Part shown: one piece after another, positions 31,748 through 41,865 of the stretch | Layout of the letters: every line of letters starts with the position of its first letter | Numbering within the stretch: the first letter of the stretch is position 1 | IMG/VR virus record: IMGVR_UViG_3300024301_000013 | Location: 7,758 to 71,757 of that record | From: a virus | DNA length: 64,000 nucleotides | Direction: 5' to 3' (one strand) | The notes under the pieces: generated by a model | The model's input: the letters and a program-made list of their open reading frames with translations, nothing else | The model's database searches: none | What the model was told of the DNA's origin: nothing | Made by a program: the position numbers and the translations under genes

Positions 31748-34339
31748 ATGAAATACATTTATATTCCATTCAATGAACACAAGACAAACACTTTAAATCC
31801 CTTTGTATCTTATTTAGTACAGCTTGGGGATTTCAGTGTTACGTCTAATTTGGAATCCACTAAGGTGACTAATTCTTATAACGTTTTTCAAAATGTTATA
31901 AGCTACACTTTAGCTGATGTTCAGAATATACCTGTACTTCCATCTGTAAATAACGAGAATTTTAAGAATGTAACTCTGCAAATAAACAAAAAGGATATAA
32001 CGAGCTTTATGAAATATGGCTCTGTTGAAAAAAGTGTTTTGCAGGCATTAGATTACATTTACTATAATTACCCTGCTGCTATCATTATTGAAGATAATGT
32101 TGGTGGTAATACTGGTTTTAATATATTAAATGCTGGATATAATCCCATAACTAATAGAACTAGTTTTGTTGTAAATACTAATTACCTTTACAATCCTTTA
32201 GATATTAATTATTTGGAGGTTGATTTATTAAACAGGGATAAATTTTCTAAGTATAGAAATTTAAAAGATTGGTATGGGGATTATGAGTTTGAGGTGGACG
32301 GCGTAAAATACAAAATAACCAATTTTCAAGGGGCACCTAAATTTAAAAACACCTTTATTTCAATCCAAGTTGAAGGCAAGCCTTTTGAAAATGGCAACCA
32401 CAGTAAATTATGTTACATTTCGCCGTCCACCACAATAAAAAAAGCATACACCGATAACGCACCACTATTCGTATCTATACTAACTAGAGATGAAAGAGAA
32501 GATGGATTCTATCTGCAATTCAAAGATAGAAAAATAACAGATAACAATTATATTCTTAATTATAATCTTACAATAATATTTCCCAAAACAGACAAGTATA
32601 ATGTAGACTTGAACACTTATAAGTTCAATACATTTAAGGAAATATTATTGGAGTACGCTAAAAAACAAGATGAGTACGAAACAAACCTCATAATAAGAAA
32701 ATATGTAGAACCAAATCTATTTTTACCTATTTTAGAAGGGTTTGAAACAACGGAAAATCAAGGAGATAAATTAGAAGTTCTATTATCAATTTATGGTTTT
32801 GGCTTTGATGAACAATATAAGTTTGTCAACAGCCTAAAAAATATTAACATATTAACCTACGACGGTGAAGATAATATGCCAATAGAATTATTGGACTATT
32901 TTATTTCATCTCATGGTATTAACATAAGTGAAAATTTACCATTAGAGAAAAAGAAACAACTGGGTTTAGTTCTGTCTTGGTTAGTTAAATCCAAAGGTAC
33001 TAGAGCAGCAGTTGAGTTTGTCTTTGATTTCTTTAATATTCCTAAAGAGTTAATCAACTTTAAGGAATACGTTAAGAAAATTAATAACCCAATTAATGTT
33101 GCTGTTTTAAAACAATATCTTGAAATTATTTACGGTGATAACGATATTAGCACTCTTTCAGTAGATAATGAAGGTTATCCAAAATATAATCCTAATTTTA
33201 TATTTGAAGATTCTAATTATTGGTCACAGTTTTATGTGTTAGATGAAAACCTAAACGGTAAATATCAGAGCATAATTAGAAAGTCGGTAACTCAAACTGA
33301 CCTTTATAATTATGGTTTTGAGGGATCAGGTTCCACTTTCAATTACGCCTTACCTTATGATTCTTGTTATCTTACTCAAAGTGGTATAGTTAATGACCCT
33401 TTGAAGCAGGTTTTATTTGATGAATGCGGTTGTGAGATAGATTATGAAGATAAAGCCTTAGAAATATCTTTGGACCCTAAAGTATTATATTCTGGTTGTA
33501 CAGCACCTATTTTAGATGTTTGGCAAGAATGTATAGGTGTAGATCAAATAAGATTAAACGTAAAAGGGTATGGAGGTATTCAACCCTATACTTTCTATGG
33601 TGCCAATGATGGGGATGTGTTTCCAGCAAATCAAAATTATTCTGTATATATCGTTGATAGTTTAGGTTGTGAGTCAGTAATTTTAACTGGAACAACCTAT
33701 TGTTACAATGTTAGTTGTGTTGAAAATCCAATTGTGGTTTCTCTTAACTATGCTTGTAATTACGATTTGAATGGAGATTTAACAGGTGATGCTACAGTAT
33801 TCTTATCTTATAGTGGAGGAACAGCTCCGTATATTGTTAACGGTAATGAAAACGGAGATTTATTACCTAACGGAGAAATTATAGCTGTTGAAGTTGTGGA
33901 TTCTTTAGGCTGTAGTAGTGGCATCATAACTAGATTGATTGAATGTAACGAAGCACCTGTAGAATGTGATTTTATTCAATTAGATTCTACTGGAGAATGT
34001 GTTTCTAATTTGAATATTGCAAATACAAGAATTAATGTTACTTATTCACTGGATAATATTCCTTTTGATGCAACTGTTGAAACAGTTATAATGACTATAA
34101 CTAAGGCATCTGGTGGAACAGGTATATTAATAGGGGATGTGATAACTGAAGCCTTTAACAATGAAAATGGAGTAAAATCAGTATTTGTTGACTTTACACC
34201 TAGATTGAATACTATTAACTTAAATGTTGATATTCAAATAATTTTATCAAATGGATGTGAATACACCGATAATTATATTTTGACAGTAAATTGCACACAA
34301 GTAAACGTACCTGATTCTTACAGTAACATATTAACATAA
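31748..34339 (+). CDS. Baseplate/tail protein with two SprB-like repeats
   Basis: KSKGTRAAVEF (tail/baseplate-type motif); GGIQPYTF..YIVDSLGC and GGTAPYIV..VVDSLGC. Confidence 0.65.
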   Translation: MKYIYIPFNEHKTNTLNPFVSYLVQLGDFSVTSNLESTKVTNSYNVFQNVISYTLADVQNIPVLPSVNNENFKNVTLQINKKDITSFMKYGSVEKSVLQALDYIYYNYPAAIIIEDNVGGNTGFNILNAGYNPITNRTSFVVNTNYLYNPLDINYLEVDLLNRDKFSKYRNLKDWYGDYEFEVDGVKYKITNFQGAPKFKNTFISIQVEGKPFENGNHSKLCYISPSTTIKKAYTDNAPLFVSILTRDEREDGFYLQFKDRKITDNNYILNYNLTIIFPKTDKYNVDLNTYKFNTFKEILLEYAKKQDEYETNLIIRKYVEPNLFLPILEGFETTENQGDKLEVLLSIYGFGFDEQYKFVNSLKNINILTYDGEDNMPIELLDYFISSHGINISENLPLEKKKQLGLVLSWLVKSKGTRAAVEFVFDFFNIPKELINFKEYVKKINNPINVAVLKQYLEIIYGDNDISTLSVDNEGYPKYNPNFIFEDSNYWSQFYVLDENLNGKYQSIIRKSVTQTDLYNYGFEGSGSTFNYALPYDSCYLTQSGIVNDPLKQVLFDECGCEIDYEDKALEISLDPKVLYSGCTAPILDVWQECIGVDQIRLNVKGYGGIQPYTFYGANDGDVFPANQNYSVYIVDSLGCESVILTGTTYCYNVSCVENPIVVSLNYACNYDLNGDLTGDATVFLSYSGGTAPYIVNGNENGDLLPNGEIIAVEVVDSLGCSSGIITRLIECNEAPVECDFIQLDSTGECVSNLNIANTRINVTYSLDNIPFDATVETVIMTITKASGGTGILIGDVITEAFNNENGVKSVFVDFTPRLNTINLNVDIQIILSNGCEYTDNYILTVNCTQVNVPDSYSNILT

Positions 34340-36852
34340 TGTCTTGTCCGATAATAAAAATAGATATTTCAAAACAATACGACAATAACGGTGGGGGAAT
34401 AAATCCTATTTATTCCTACAACTCACAGTTATCTGTTTCTGTTGTAAGTGGTATATCTTCTACTCCTATAACAGGTTATATGGAATTAGAAGATTCTTCC
34501 CAAAATATAACGACTGTACCGATTTATAATCCAACTAATTCAACTATTTTAGCTAGTTTTCAATTAAATGGAAACGCCTTTTATGTTAATAATCGAGTTA
34601 GAGTAGTAATAGAATTAAATAATGGTACTTGCATTTACGATAAAACAATTTACCCTAATAATCAGTCAGATTTAACTTGTAGGACAATCAACTATCCAAA
34701 TCCTTCAGGTGAACCTTCAATTTATGAAAATTGTGTTAATGAGTTTATAGTTGAATCTTCAGCTGTTTTAGGTTGTACTAACCCTAATTCAGCTAATTAT
34801 AACCCTGAAGCAACAGTTGACGATGGCTCTTGTAGTTGTGATTGTAATGTAATAGAGTTAAATGTTCTTAGGGAAGCTAATTATATAGCTGGTATTGTTC
34901 GCCCTGTTTTATCTCAAATATCTATTAATCTTGTAGGTGTACAAAATTTCTTTCCTATTAATGGATATGTTGAACTAACAAATAATTCTGAAATAGTAAC
35001 TGTATTACCTTTCAGTAATCCTAGCAATGAAACAACTTCTTTAGATGTTTCATTTACAAGCGGTTATTTTTATAATAACTATAAAGGTAAGTTTGTAATT
35101 TTATTAGGAAGTGGTAGTTGTAATTATGAGCAAGAGATTTTCTTTGAAGATTTACCTTGTGAATACGAATACGATATTGATGGAACTATTTCAAATGAAG
35201 TATGCCAAGATACTTTCACAATAGGTGGCGACATTTATGGTTGCACTGATCCAAATAGTTTAAATTTCAATCCTTGTGCCACAATAGATGACGACTCTTG
35301 TGAATATCCTATTTTATCTGGTTGCACTGACCCAAATAGTGTAAATTATAATCCACTAGCAGTTATTGATGATGGTAGTTGTCAATATGTCCCCGTGTTT
35401 ACCCCTATTTTGGGTTGCACAAATCCCTTTGCTAGTAACTATAATCCTAATGCTAACTTCAACGACGGGAGTTGTATTTTTATTAGTGGATGTACTAATC
35501 CCCTAGCCGACAATTACAACCCTAACGCTGTTGTTGACGATGGCTCTTGTGAATGTAGTGAAGCAGACTTCACCTTTAATTTGAATGGAAATGAAGATTT
35601 CTTTTTCTTGAATAGTGGAACGACTGTGTGTGATTACTATTTTGAGTTCAAATATAGATTGATATTGAGCTGTTCTGATATAATTGAATATTTTAATGAT
35701 AAAACAGATGCTACAATTTTATCTATTTTAGATAATCTAAATTTATATAGTCAAATTAAAAATGATACAAGTAACTATCGTCAATTAGAGTTAGATATTA
35801 ATCCGAGAACAGATAAGTTATATTTTGAATTGTCTGGTTCAACTGAAGATTGCTTTACTTTAAAGGAATTGATTAGACTTGAATTAGGAGAGCAATGTCC
35901 TGATGATATAAATGACAATTTCGACATTAATTGGAGAACTGCAAATATTAAAGTGCCTGCTAACTTGTTGAATACAGAGGTTAAGTTAGGTATGTTTATG
36001 TCGGGTTTTGGATTTGGTGGAACAAAAATTTTATTAGATGACGTTAAGTTGTATAAAGTTTGTTATACTGATGTTACTGAATGTGTAATAATTCCTTACA
36101 ATTTTGGCTTTGATTTAGAATTAATAGAAGACAATATTAAGGCAACATACGATTTAGATACTAATAAAGATATTCTTAATACTAAAGAATTAACTTTAAG
36201 GGTTGATATACCTAATTACGTTAAGACTGATGTTGTTGCGTTCTTGAAAAAATATGAAGATTTATTCCATAAGATTTTCAAGGGAATGTCTTTAGATAAG
36301 ATAGAAAAAGAGTTTTTACCTGTAAGAAATTTGCTTACAAGTGAATCTTATTATTATTATTGTCATCTATATGAATTATATTTGAATAGCTTTGATTATT
36401 GTTCAGCTAAGAGTAAGGAATTGGATTATGAATTTATGTTTAAAGTCCTTTCTAAGGTAAATAATTCTTGGTTAGATTTAATTAAACAAGTAATTCCTGA
36501 AACTGTTATATGGAAGGATCATCATAAATTCTACAGTAACTTCTTGTTTCACCAACAAAAGTTTCAGTATAAGAATTATGTTATTACTTACGGTGCTGAT
36601 GAAAATGAGGTAATAATAGATTGTGAACCCAAGGCTTTTGATTTGTGTGATAATCCAATACCTTATGTATCGAAGATAGATCAGTTTTACAGGGATACTA
36701 CTGGTGATTGTTTAATTGAATCTTTCGCCGTCCCAACAAACATAAGTGAATCTAATTATGGTGCAGGTAGATTCTTACAATATGACAAGACTACCAATGA
36801 ATACACACAACGATATGATTATCCAAATCAAAATTTTGAAATCTGTATATGA
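34339..36852 (+). CDS. Structural protein with five GCT[DN]PxAxNYNPxAxxDDGSC-type repeats
   Basis: Five Cys-bounded repeats plus a duplicated ~130-aa N-terminal domain. Confidence 0.7.
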   Translation: MSCPIIKIDISKQYDNNGGGINPIYSYNSQLSVSVVSGISSTPITGYMELEDSSQNITTVPIYNPTNSTILASFQLNGNAFYVNNRVRVVIELNNGTCIYDKTIYPNNQSDLTCRTINYPNPSGEPSIYENCVNEFIVESSAVLGCTNPNSANYNPEATVDDGSCSCDCNVIELNVLREANYIAGIVRPVLSQISINLVGVQNFFPINGYVELTNNSEIVTVLPFSNPSNETTSLDVSFTSGYFYNNYKGKFVILLGSGSCNYEQEIFFEDLPCEYEYDIDGTISNEVCQDTFTIGGDIYGCTDPNSLNFNPCATIDDDSCEYPILSGCTDPNSVNYNPLAVIDDGSCQYVPVFTPILGCTNPFASNYNPNANFNDGSCIFISGCTNPLADNYNPNAVVDDGSCECSEADFTFNLNGNEDFFFLNSGTTVCDYYFEFKYRLILSCSDIIEYFNDKTDATILSILDNLNLYSQIKNDTSNYRQLELDINPRTDKLYFELSGSTEDCFTLKELIRLELGEQCPDDINDNFDINWRTANIKVPANLLNTEVKLGMFMSGFGFGGTKILLDDVKLYKVCYTDVTECVIIPYNFGFDLELIEDNIKATYDLDTNKDILNTKELTLRVDIPNYVKTDVVAFLKKYEDLFHKIFKGMSLDKIEKEFLPVRNLLTSESYYYYCHLYELYLNSFDYCSAKSKELDYEFMFKVLSKVNNSWLDLIKQVIPETVIWKDHHKFYSNFLFHQQKFQYKNYVITYGADENEVIIDCEPKAFDLCDNPIPYVSKIDQFYRDTTGDCLIESFAVPTNISESNYGAGRFLQYDKTTNEYTQRYDYPNQNFEICI

Positions 36853-38885
36853 GTTTTTTGAATAAAATAAACGTTCCTTTAATAAATTCCAAGATTACAG
36901 CTCTTGGACGGCAAAAGATTGCAGAGGGTAACTTGAATTTTAAGTATTATTCTTTTGGTGACAGTCAAGTTGATTACAACAATACTGGTTCACAGTATGT
37001 ATTGAAACCAAAGGATAAAAACCCAAATATTAAAACACATCTTACTACCGAAGATTGTAATCCTTTTCACTTGTTGGACGGCGTAAAGGTGCTGGAATGC
37101 TGTATCCATAACCCAGCTAAAGAAAGAGGTTTCTTTGATGAAACAAAAGGGTATTCATTGAAGATGGATAGTAAGTTTGTAAAGAAACAAGGTAATGTTT
37201 TCTCACAGCAATTGAATGGTACTAAATTCATTGACCTCCAGAACACTGATTTTGAAGATGGAGATATAATCATGTTCAAGATAGCTAATGCTACTACAGG
37301 TTATATTGTACCTTCTAGTTCAACTGAACCTATTCTTTATCTTTTCTTTAAGATTTATAAAACACCTACCTCCACTATAATCGAGTTGGATAGGAATTTA
37401 CCTTACCTTAACTATAATGATATTCTAATTGAATACTTCATTTACGATAAAGATATTGAGTATTATAAATCAACAAACGTAAATACTTTATGGGATTATG
37501 AAAACTTGAATTTCAAGTTGGAGTGCTTGAATGAAGATACTTATGTTTGGAACTTCAATATTATTTGGGGTGAAAATGTTATTGGAACACAAGCTGATCA
37601 GCAGCAATTCAATGAATATTGTTCTTACAATTACATAGGGCAAAAAGAGTATTTAGGTTTCAATGTTGATTGCCCAGACGAAGTACCAAATCCAAATTGT
37701 GAAGATAAATTGTTTGCTATAGATGATGACTTTATTAAATCTATTGGGATTATTCACTATAGCAATACAAATAAAACAAATTTATACGGAGAGCATTTTT
37801 ATATAGCTGAACCAAACGACTTTAAGCTACAATTACAACATGTAATGTGGCATAGGAGATATGCCTCTGGTGGAACTGGTACGGGAACTGTCTTGGGTAT
37901 GACCTTTGTTGCAGATACAACTAAGAAGTATGTTGGTAGCGGAAATACCAATATTGAATATTATGATTTAGTTGAAGATAGCACATTAATTGAGCCTAGC
38001 GGATCCCCTTTAGTTGTTGGAAGGATTTATAATACTTTACAGACAGTAGTAATACATAATCCCGATTTATTGGCTGCTTTGAGTTACAAATCCAACCGTA
38101 ATTTTACTTTACCTAAATTAGCGGGAAAAATGATTTCGCCGTCCACCTCTGGTCAAGGAATATTACCTAAAGGAAAAACAATGTATATGACCTATACATT
38201 AGAAGCAGATACAGTAGTTCAACATATATTACCACAACAACAGTATCTAAAATTCGTTAATACAACTAATTCAAATAAAGACGTTGAGTTCTTCCTTGAA
38301 AGAACAGGTTTCTTACCTTATATGCGTCAAAGAGAAGCTGTAGGATACGATGGATTAGGTTTCAGTTTTCATAGATTTAAAATACTATATCAAATAGTAG
38401 ATAATGGAGCAAGACCTGTTTCAAGTGATTGGAAAGCTATTGATTTCACTAATAATTTCTTGGTTGATTTAATCGGTAACACAATTAACCCCCTTAAATT
38501 AGAAGTTCAAAATTCAGCTCAAACAGGTTTTATAGTTAATGCAGCTAGAATTGCAACTGAAACTCCATATAACTTAAATGTATTGAATGTTCCAGATGTT
38601 AATTGCCCTAATGTTATGGGATTTGGATGTGAATATTTTTTGTATGGTAATATAGCGGTAGAGATAGGTGCTTGTGTTTACAAATCAATATTTGAATTAG
38701 TTTTAGATTCAGATTATATCAATAGATCAGATAACCCTACTTGGAACACAAACCAGAATTTGAAGTTAACTGAAATAGGTATCTACGATGACAAATATAA
38801 TTTAGTTATGATTAACTCATTATATGAGCAAATAGAAATACAAGAAAATACTAAGTCGTTAATAGAGATACAGATGGATTTTTAA
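36849..38885 (+). CDS. Tail-fibre attachment/baseplate protein
   Basis: KITALGRQKIA..F.YYSFGDSQVDY start and TEIGIYD..LV end, typical of fibre-anchor domains. Confidence 0.6.
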   Translation: MSFLNKINVPLINSKITALGRQKIAEGNLNFKYYSFGDSQVDYNNTGSQYVLKPKDKNPNIKTHLTTEDCNPFHLLDGVKVLECCIHNPAKERGFFDETKGYSLKMDSKFVKKQGNVFSQQLNGTKFIDLQNTDFEDGDIIMFKIANATTGYIVPSSSTEPILYLFFKIYKTPTSTIIELDRNLPYLNYNDILIEYFIYDKDIEYYKSTNVNTLWDYENLNFKLECLNEDTYVWNFNIIWGENVIGTQADQQQFNEYCSYNYIGQKEYLGFNVDCPDEVPNPNCEDKLFAIDDDFIKSIGIIHYSNTNKTNLYGEHFYIAEPNDFKLQLQHVMWHRRYASGGTGTGTVLGMTFVADTTKKYVGSGNTNIEYYDLVEDSTLIEPSGSPLVVGRIYNTLQTVVIHNPDLLAALSYKSNRNFTLPKLAGKMISPSTSGQGILPKGKTMYMTYTLEADTVVQHILPQQQYLKFVNTTNSNKDVEFFLERTGFLPYMRQREAVGYDGLGFSFHRFKILYQIVDNGARPVSSDWKAIDFTNNFLVDLIGNTINPLKLEVQNSAQTGFIVNAARIATETPYNLNVLNVPDVNCPNVMGFGCEYFLYGNIAVEIGACVYKSIFELVLDSDYINRSDNPTWNTNQNLKLTEIGIYDDKYNLVMINSLYEQIEIQENTKSLIEIQMDF

Positions 38886-38916
38886 AATCCAAAAAATTTA
38901 TTTATATTTAATCCTA

Positions 38917-39684
38917 ATGGAGAATAATAATTTAATATTAGGATTGGACGTTTCTACTTCTACCGTCGGTATCAGCTTGTTTGCTGCCGACGGTAGACTT
39001 TTAGAGTTAAACCACATTTCACCGATAGTCAAAGACGAAACCTTTTCAAAGGAAGATATTCTTTTGGAGAAATGTAATTTAATTGTAAACTTTTTAGTTG
39101 AAAATTATAATATCCCAGACATTGCTGAAGTTATTTTGGAAACACCTTTAATTAGTTCTCAACAAACTGATACAGCAGCGTTATTGAATTATTTTGGTGG
39201 AATGATTTATGCCACTTTGAGGATGAATTTCAAATGTAAAATTAACTATATAACGGTAGATGAAGCTAGACGTTTTGGATTACCTGAATTAGTTGGAGGT
39301 AAGACTAGATCTTTGTTTGGAGTTTTTAATGGGGTTTTAGATCGTAAGATTATTTCAGAATACAAGAAGTTGATTGTGCTTTCCTTAATTGCACAAAGAT
39401 ATCCTTCTATTGTATGGTTAATGAATAATAATTTATCTATTGACAAGAAAAACTTTGACAGAGCGGATTCAATCACTGTTGTTTTAGGGTATAAACAAAA
39501 GAATGGTGAGTGGGGAGCTAATATTCAAGATATTAATTCTACTATTGAATTAATAAAGAAGAACATAGAATACGAAAAATTCTGTAAAAGTTTAACTGGA
39601 ACAAAAGCTGAAAAAGACAAAGAAAAGTATCATTATTTAAAAAATACTTTTGAAATCGAAAAATATATTAACATTGCCCTATAA
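38917..39684 (+). CDS. RuvC-like Holliday junction resolvase
   Basis: ILGLDVSTSTVG, VILE, DRADS acidic triad. Confidence 0.75.
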   Translation: MENNNLILGLDVSTSTVGISLFAADGRLLELNHISPIVKDETFSKEDILLEKCNLIVNFLVENYNIPDIAEVILETPLISSQQTDTAALLNYFGGMIYATLRMNFKCKINYITVDEARRFGLPELVGGKTRSLFGVFNGVLDRKIISEYKKLIVLSLIAQRYPSIVWLMNNNLSIDKKNFDRADSITVVLGYKQKNGEWGANIQDINSTIELIKKNIEYEKFCKSLTGTKAEKDKEKYHYLKNTFEIEKYINIAL

Positions 39685-39688
39685 TTTA

Positions 39689-39720
39689 TTTGATTATTAG
39701 AAAAAAAGTTTTTACCTTTG
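39689..39720 (+). promoter_or_regulatory. Bacteroidota sigma70-type promoter
   Basis: TTTG-N20-TACCTTTG upstream of ATG 39742. Confidence 0.75.
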
Positions 39721-39741
39721 TAGAAATTTTTACTAATAATA

Positions 39742-41052
39742 ATGGATAAAATAAATTTATTTAAGAAGTATTCAGAATCAGAGGTTTATCTTGAAGAAGT
39801 AAATCACGTTTATGTTCACAAGAAAACTGGAACACTATATAACTCTGTTACGACCGCGTTATCTCTGTTAAAGAGCGATTTTGAAAAAGATGGTATCATT
39901 GATGCAATTATTAAACAGTACAATAATTTTGTATCTTGGTATTTGAAATCTGGTGCAGACAAATCCCTTATGAAGGATTTGCTTTTTGATTATATCATGT
40001 ATGGTAAGCTAAGACCTTACGAAAGATATAATGATAAAAAGATTTATAAGGCTTTAACAAAATATTCCTCACCGAACGAATTAGCTGCTGAATTGAAAAT
40101 AATTAAAGCAGCTAACCCTAATATTCTACTGAAGGGTTTTTATTTGAATGATGATAATACTATCATGAATAAAGAACAAATCCTTCAAATTTGGGAATCT
40201 ACCAATATGTTGTCACGACATTATGGTCACATGATCCACGAGAGCATTGAATTGCATTTCTTGGATGTTCAGGGATTTTCTGATCCTTCATTTAAAATGA
40301 AAAAAATTAAGGGGATACAAGAAAAGTATGCTGAACTTAATGAAATCCTTGAACAAGTAGGCAAAGGAAATAACAAAGAATTCTTCTCCATTTATAATAT
40401 GGATTTATCGCCTATTCAGTTTATGGAATGGATTGTTTATAAGTTTAACGAAGTTAGACCCTACAAAGGAGAGGTCATTGTTCCAGAAAAAGTAAACTTT
40501 TCACCTACCTATGAAATTTGTGGTACAACTGACGTCGAGGTTGTTTTCGACGATGTTAATTTTGAAATTGAAGACCACAAAACAAATAAGTCTTTTACTT
40601 TTGAGAATGAGTATGGGAAGAATTTAAAAGAGCCTTGTGATGACATGCCTGAAACTTCTTATTCAACTTATGGTTTACAGTTGAACATATACGGGCATAT
40701 ACAAGAAAAGGAGTTTGGACGGCAATTTAAGGGGGCTAGAATCACTTATTTTGATAGGCAGAAGAAGGAATTTGAATTAATTGAATTACCTATTATGTTG
40801 GATCGAGCTGAAGCTGTCTTGAAACACTTTTTAGAATTTCAAAACACATATAAGGAAAGGTTTTTAACATCGGGTATCTTTGATGGTATCCCTAAAAATC
40901 ATCATAATGTGTTAACCAAACTTCTTTATGAAGATATTGAAAAACGTAGAAAGAGTGGTAAGATAGACTTTGAAGATAAAGAAGCTAATAGACAACATTA
41001 CAAGGCGTTTGTAAAAAAAATCAGTGATAATTTAAGTCAAGCTATTAAATAA
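39742..41052 (+). CDS. PD-(D/E)XK exonuclease (RecB/Cas4-like nuclease domain)
   Basis: SVTT, GHMIHESIE, ICGTTD, IEDHKT, YGLQLNIY. Confidence 0.8.
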   Translation: MDKINLFKKYSESEVYLEEVNHVYVHKKTGTLYNSVTTALSLLKSDFEKDGIIDAIIKQYNNFVSWYLKSGADKSLMKDLLFDYIMYGKLRPYERYNDKKIYKALTKYSSPNELAAELKIIKAANPNILLKGFYLNDDNTIMNKEQILQIWESTNMLSRHYGHMIHESIELHFLDVQGFSDPSFKMKKIKGIQEKYAELNEILEQVGKGNNKEFFSIYNMDLSPIQFMEWIVYKFNEVRPYKGEVIVPEKVNFSPTYEICGTTDVEVVFDDVNFEIEDHKTNKSFTFENEYGKNLKEPCDDMPETSYSTYGLQLNIYGHIQEKEFGRQFKGARITYFDRQKKEFELIELPIMLDRAEAVLKHFLEFQNTYKERFLTSGIFDGIPKNHHNVLTKLLYEDIEKRRKSGKIDFEDKEANRQHYKAFVKKISDNLSQAIK

Positions 41053-41054
41053 TA

Positions 41055-41861
41055 ATGATAAAAAAGATATTTCACACAGCCGATTGGCATTTAAGGAATT
41101 TTGATAGGCAAGGTGAATTTATTGAATCTATAGATTTGCTTTTGGATTCGATAAAGGGATACAATTTGGGATTTGAAGAGGGGATTATCTGTATTACAGG
41201 TGATCTCTTCGACACCCAAGAACAAGTATCGAATGAAGCAAATTTAATAATGGTTAACACCTTGTATAAGTGTGCTGATATTCACCCTGTGATGATTATA
41301 TTGGGTAATCACGACTTACCTAAGAACAGAACTAGAATGGATGCTATAAGCCCTATAATTGCTGCTATGGGTAATCCTAATATATGTTATTCAAAAAAAT
41401 CAGAAATTATAAAATTTCATGAAATAAATTTTGTGCATTACTGTTTTTTAGATAACTTTGCGGTGAAATTAGCTGAAGAAGATAAGGGTGGTCAAAAGTT
41501 TATTGGTTTATACCATGCTCCTTTAAGGAATTGTAAGAACCCTTTGAACCCTGTTTTCGAGAAAAAAATGCAAGAATATGATACTACTTCTAATATTTTT
41601 GAAAATTGTGATGTGGTATTAATGGGTGATATACATTACCCTCAAAAGATAAGCCACAAGGATTATGAATGTTACTATTGTGGTTCACTATATCAACAAA
41701 ACTTTGGGGAATATGTGAATTTTCACGGCTACGGTGTTTTAGATTATGAAACCTTGGATTATACTTTTGTAGAATTAAATAATAGTTACGGAAAATATAA
41801 AATTAAAGTAAAAAGTTTTAACGAGAACGTTAAAAACATCACTATAACAAATTTAAAATAA
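41055..41861 (+). CDS. sbcD: Mre11/SbcD nuclease (gp47-like)
   Basis: HTADWH, GDLFD, GNHD, MGDIH, GSLYQQNFGE. Confidence 0.9.
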   Translation: MIKKIFHTADWHLRNFDRQGEFIESIDLLLDSIKGYNLGFEEGIICITGDLFDTQEQVSNEANLIMVNTLYKCADIHPVMIILGNHDLPKNRTRMDAISPIIAAMGNPNICYSKKSEIIKFHEINFVHYCFLDNFAVKLAEEDKGGQKFIGLYHAPLRNCKNPLNPVFEKKMQEYDTTSNIFENCDVVLMGDIHYPQKISHKDYECYYCGSLYQQNFGEYVNFHGYGVLDYETLDYTFVELNNSYGKYKIKVKSFNENVKNITITNLK

Positions 41862-41865
41862 AAAT

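Noticed and set aside
39742-41052. Cas4 as part of a CRISPR-Cas locus
   Set aside because: No Fe-S cysteine cluster, cas genes or array; context is a phage recombination block.
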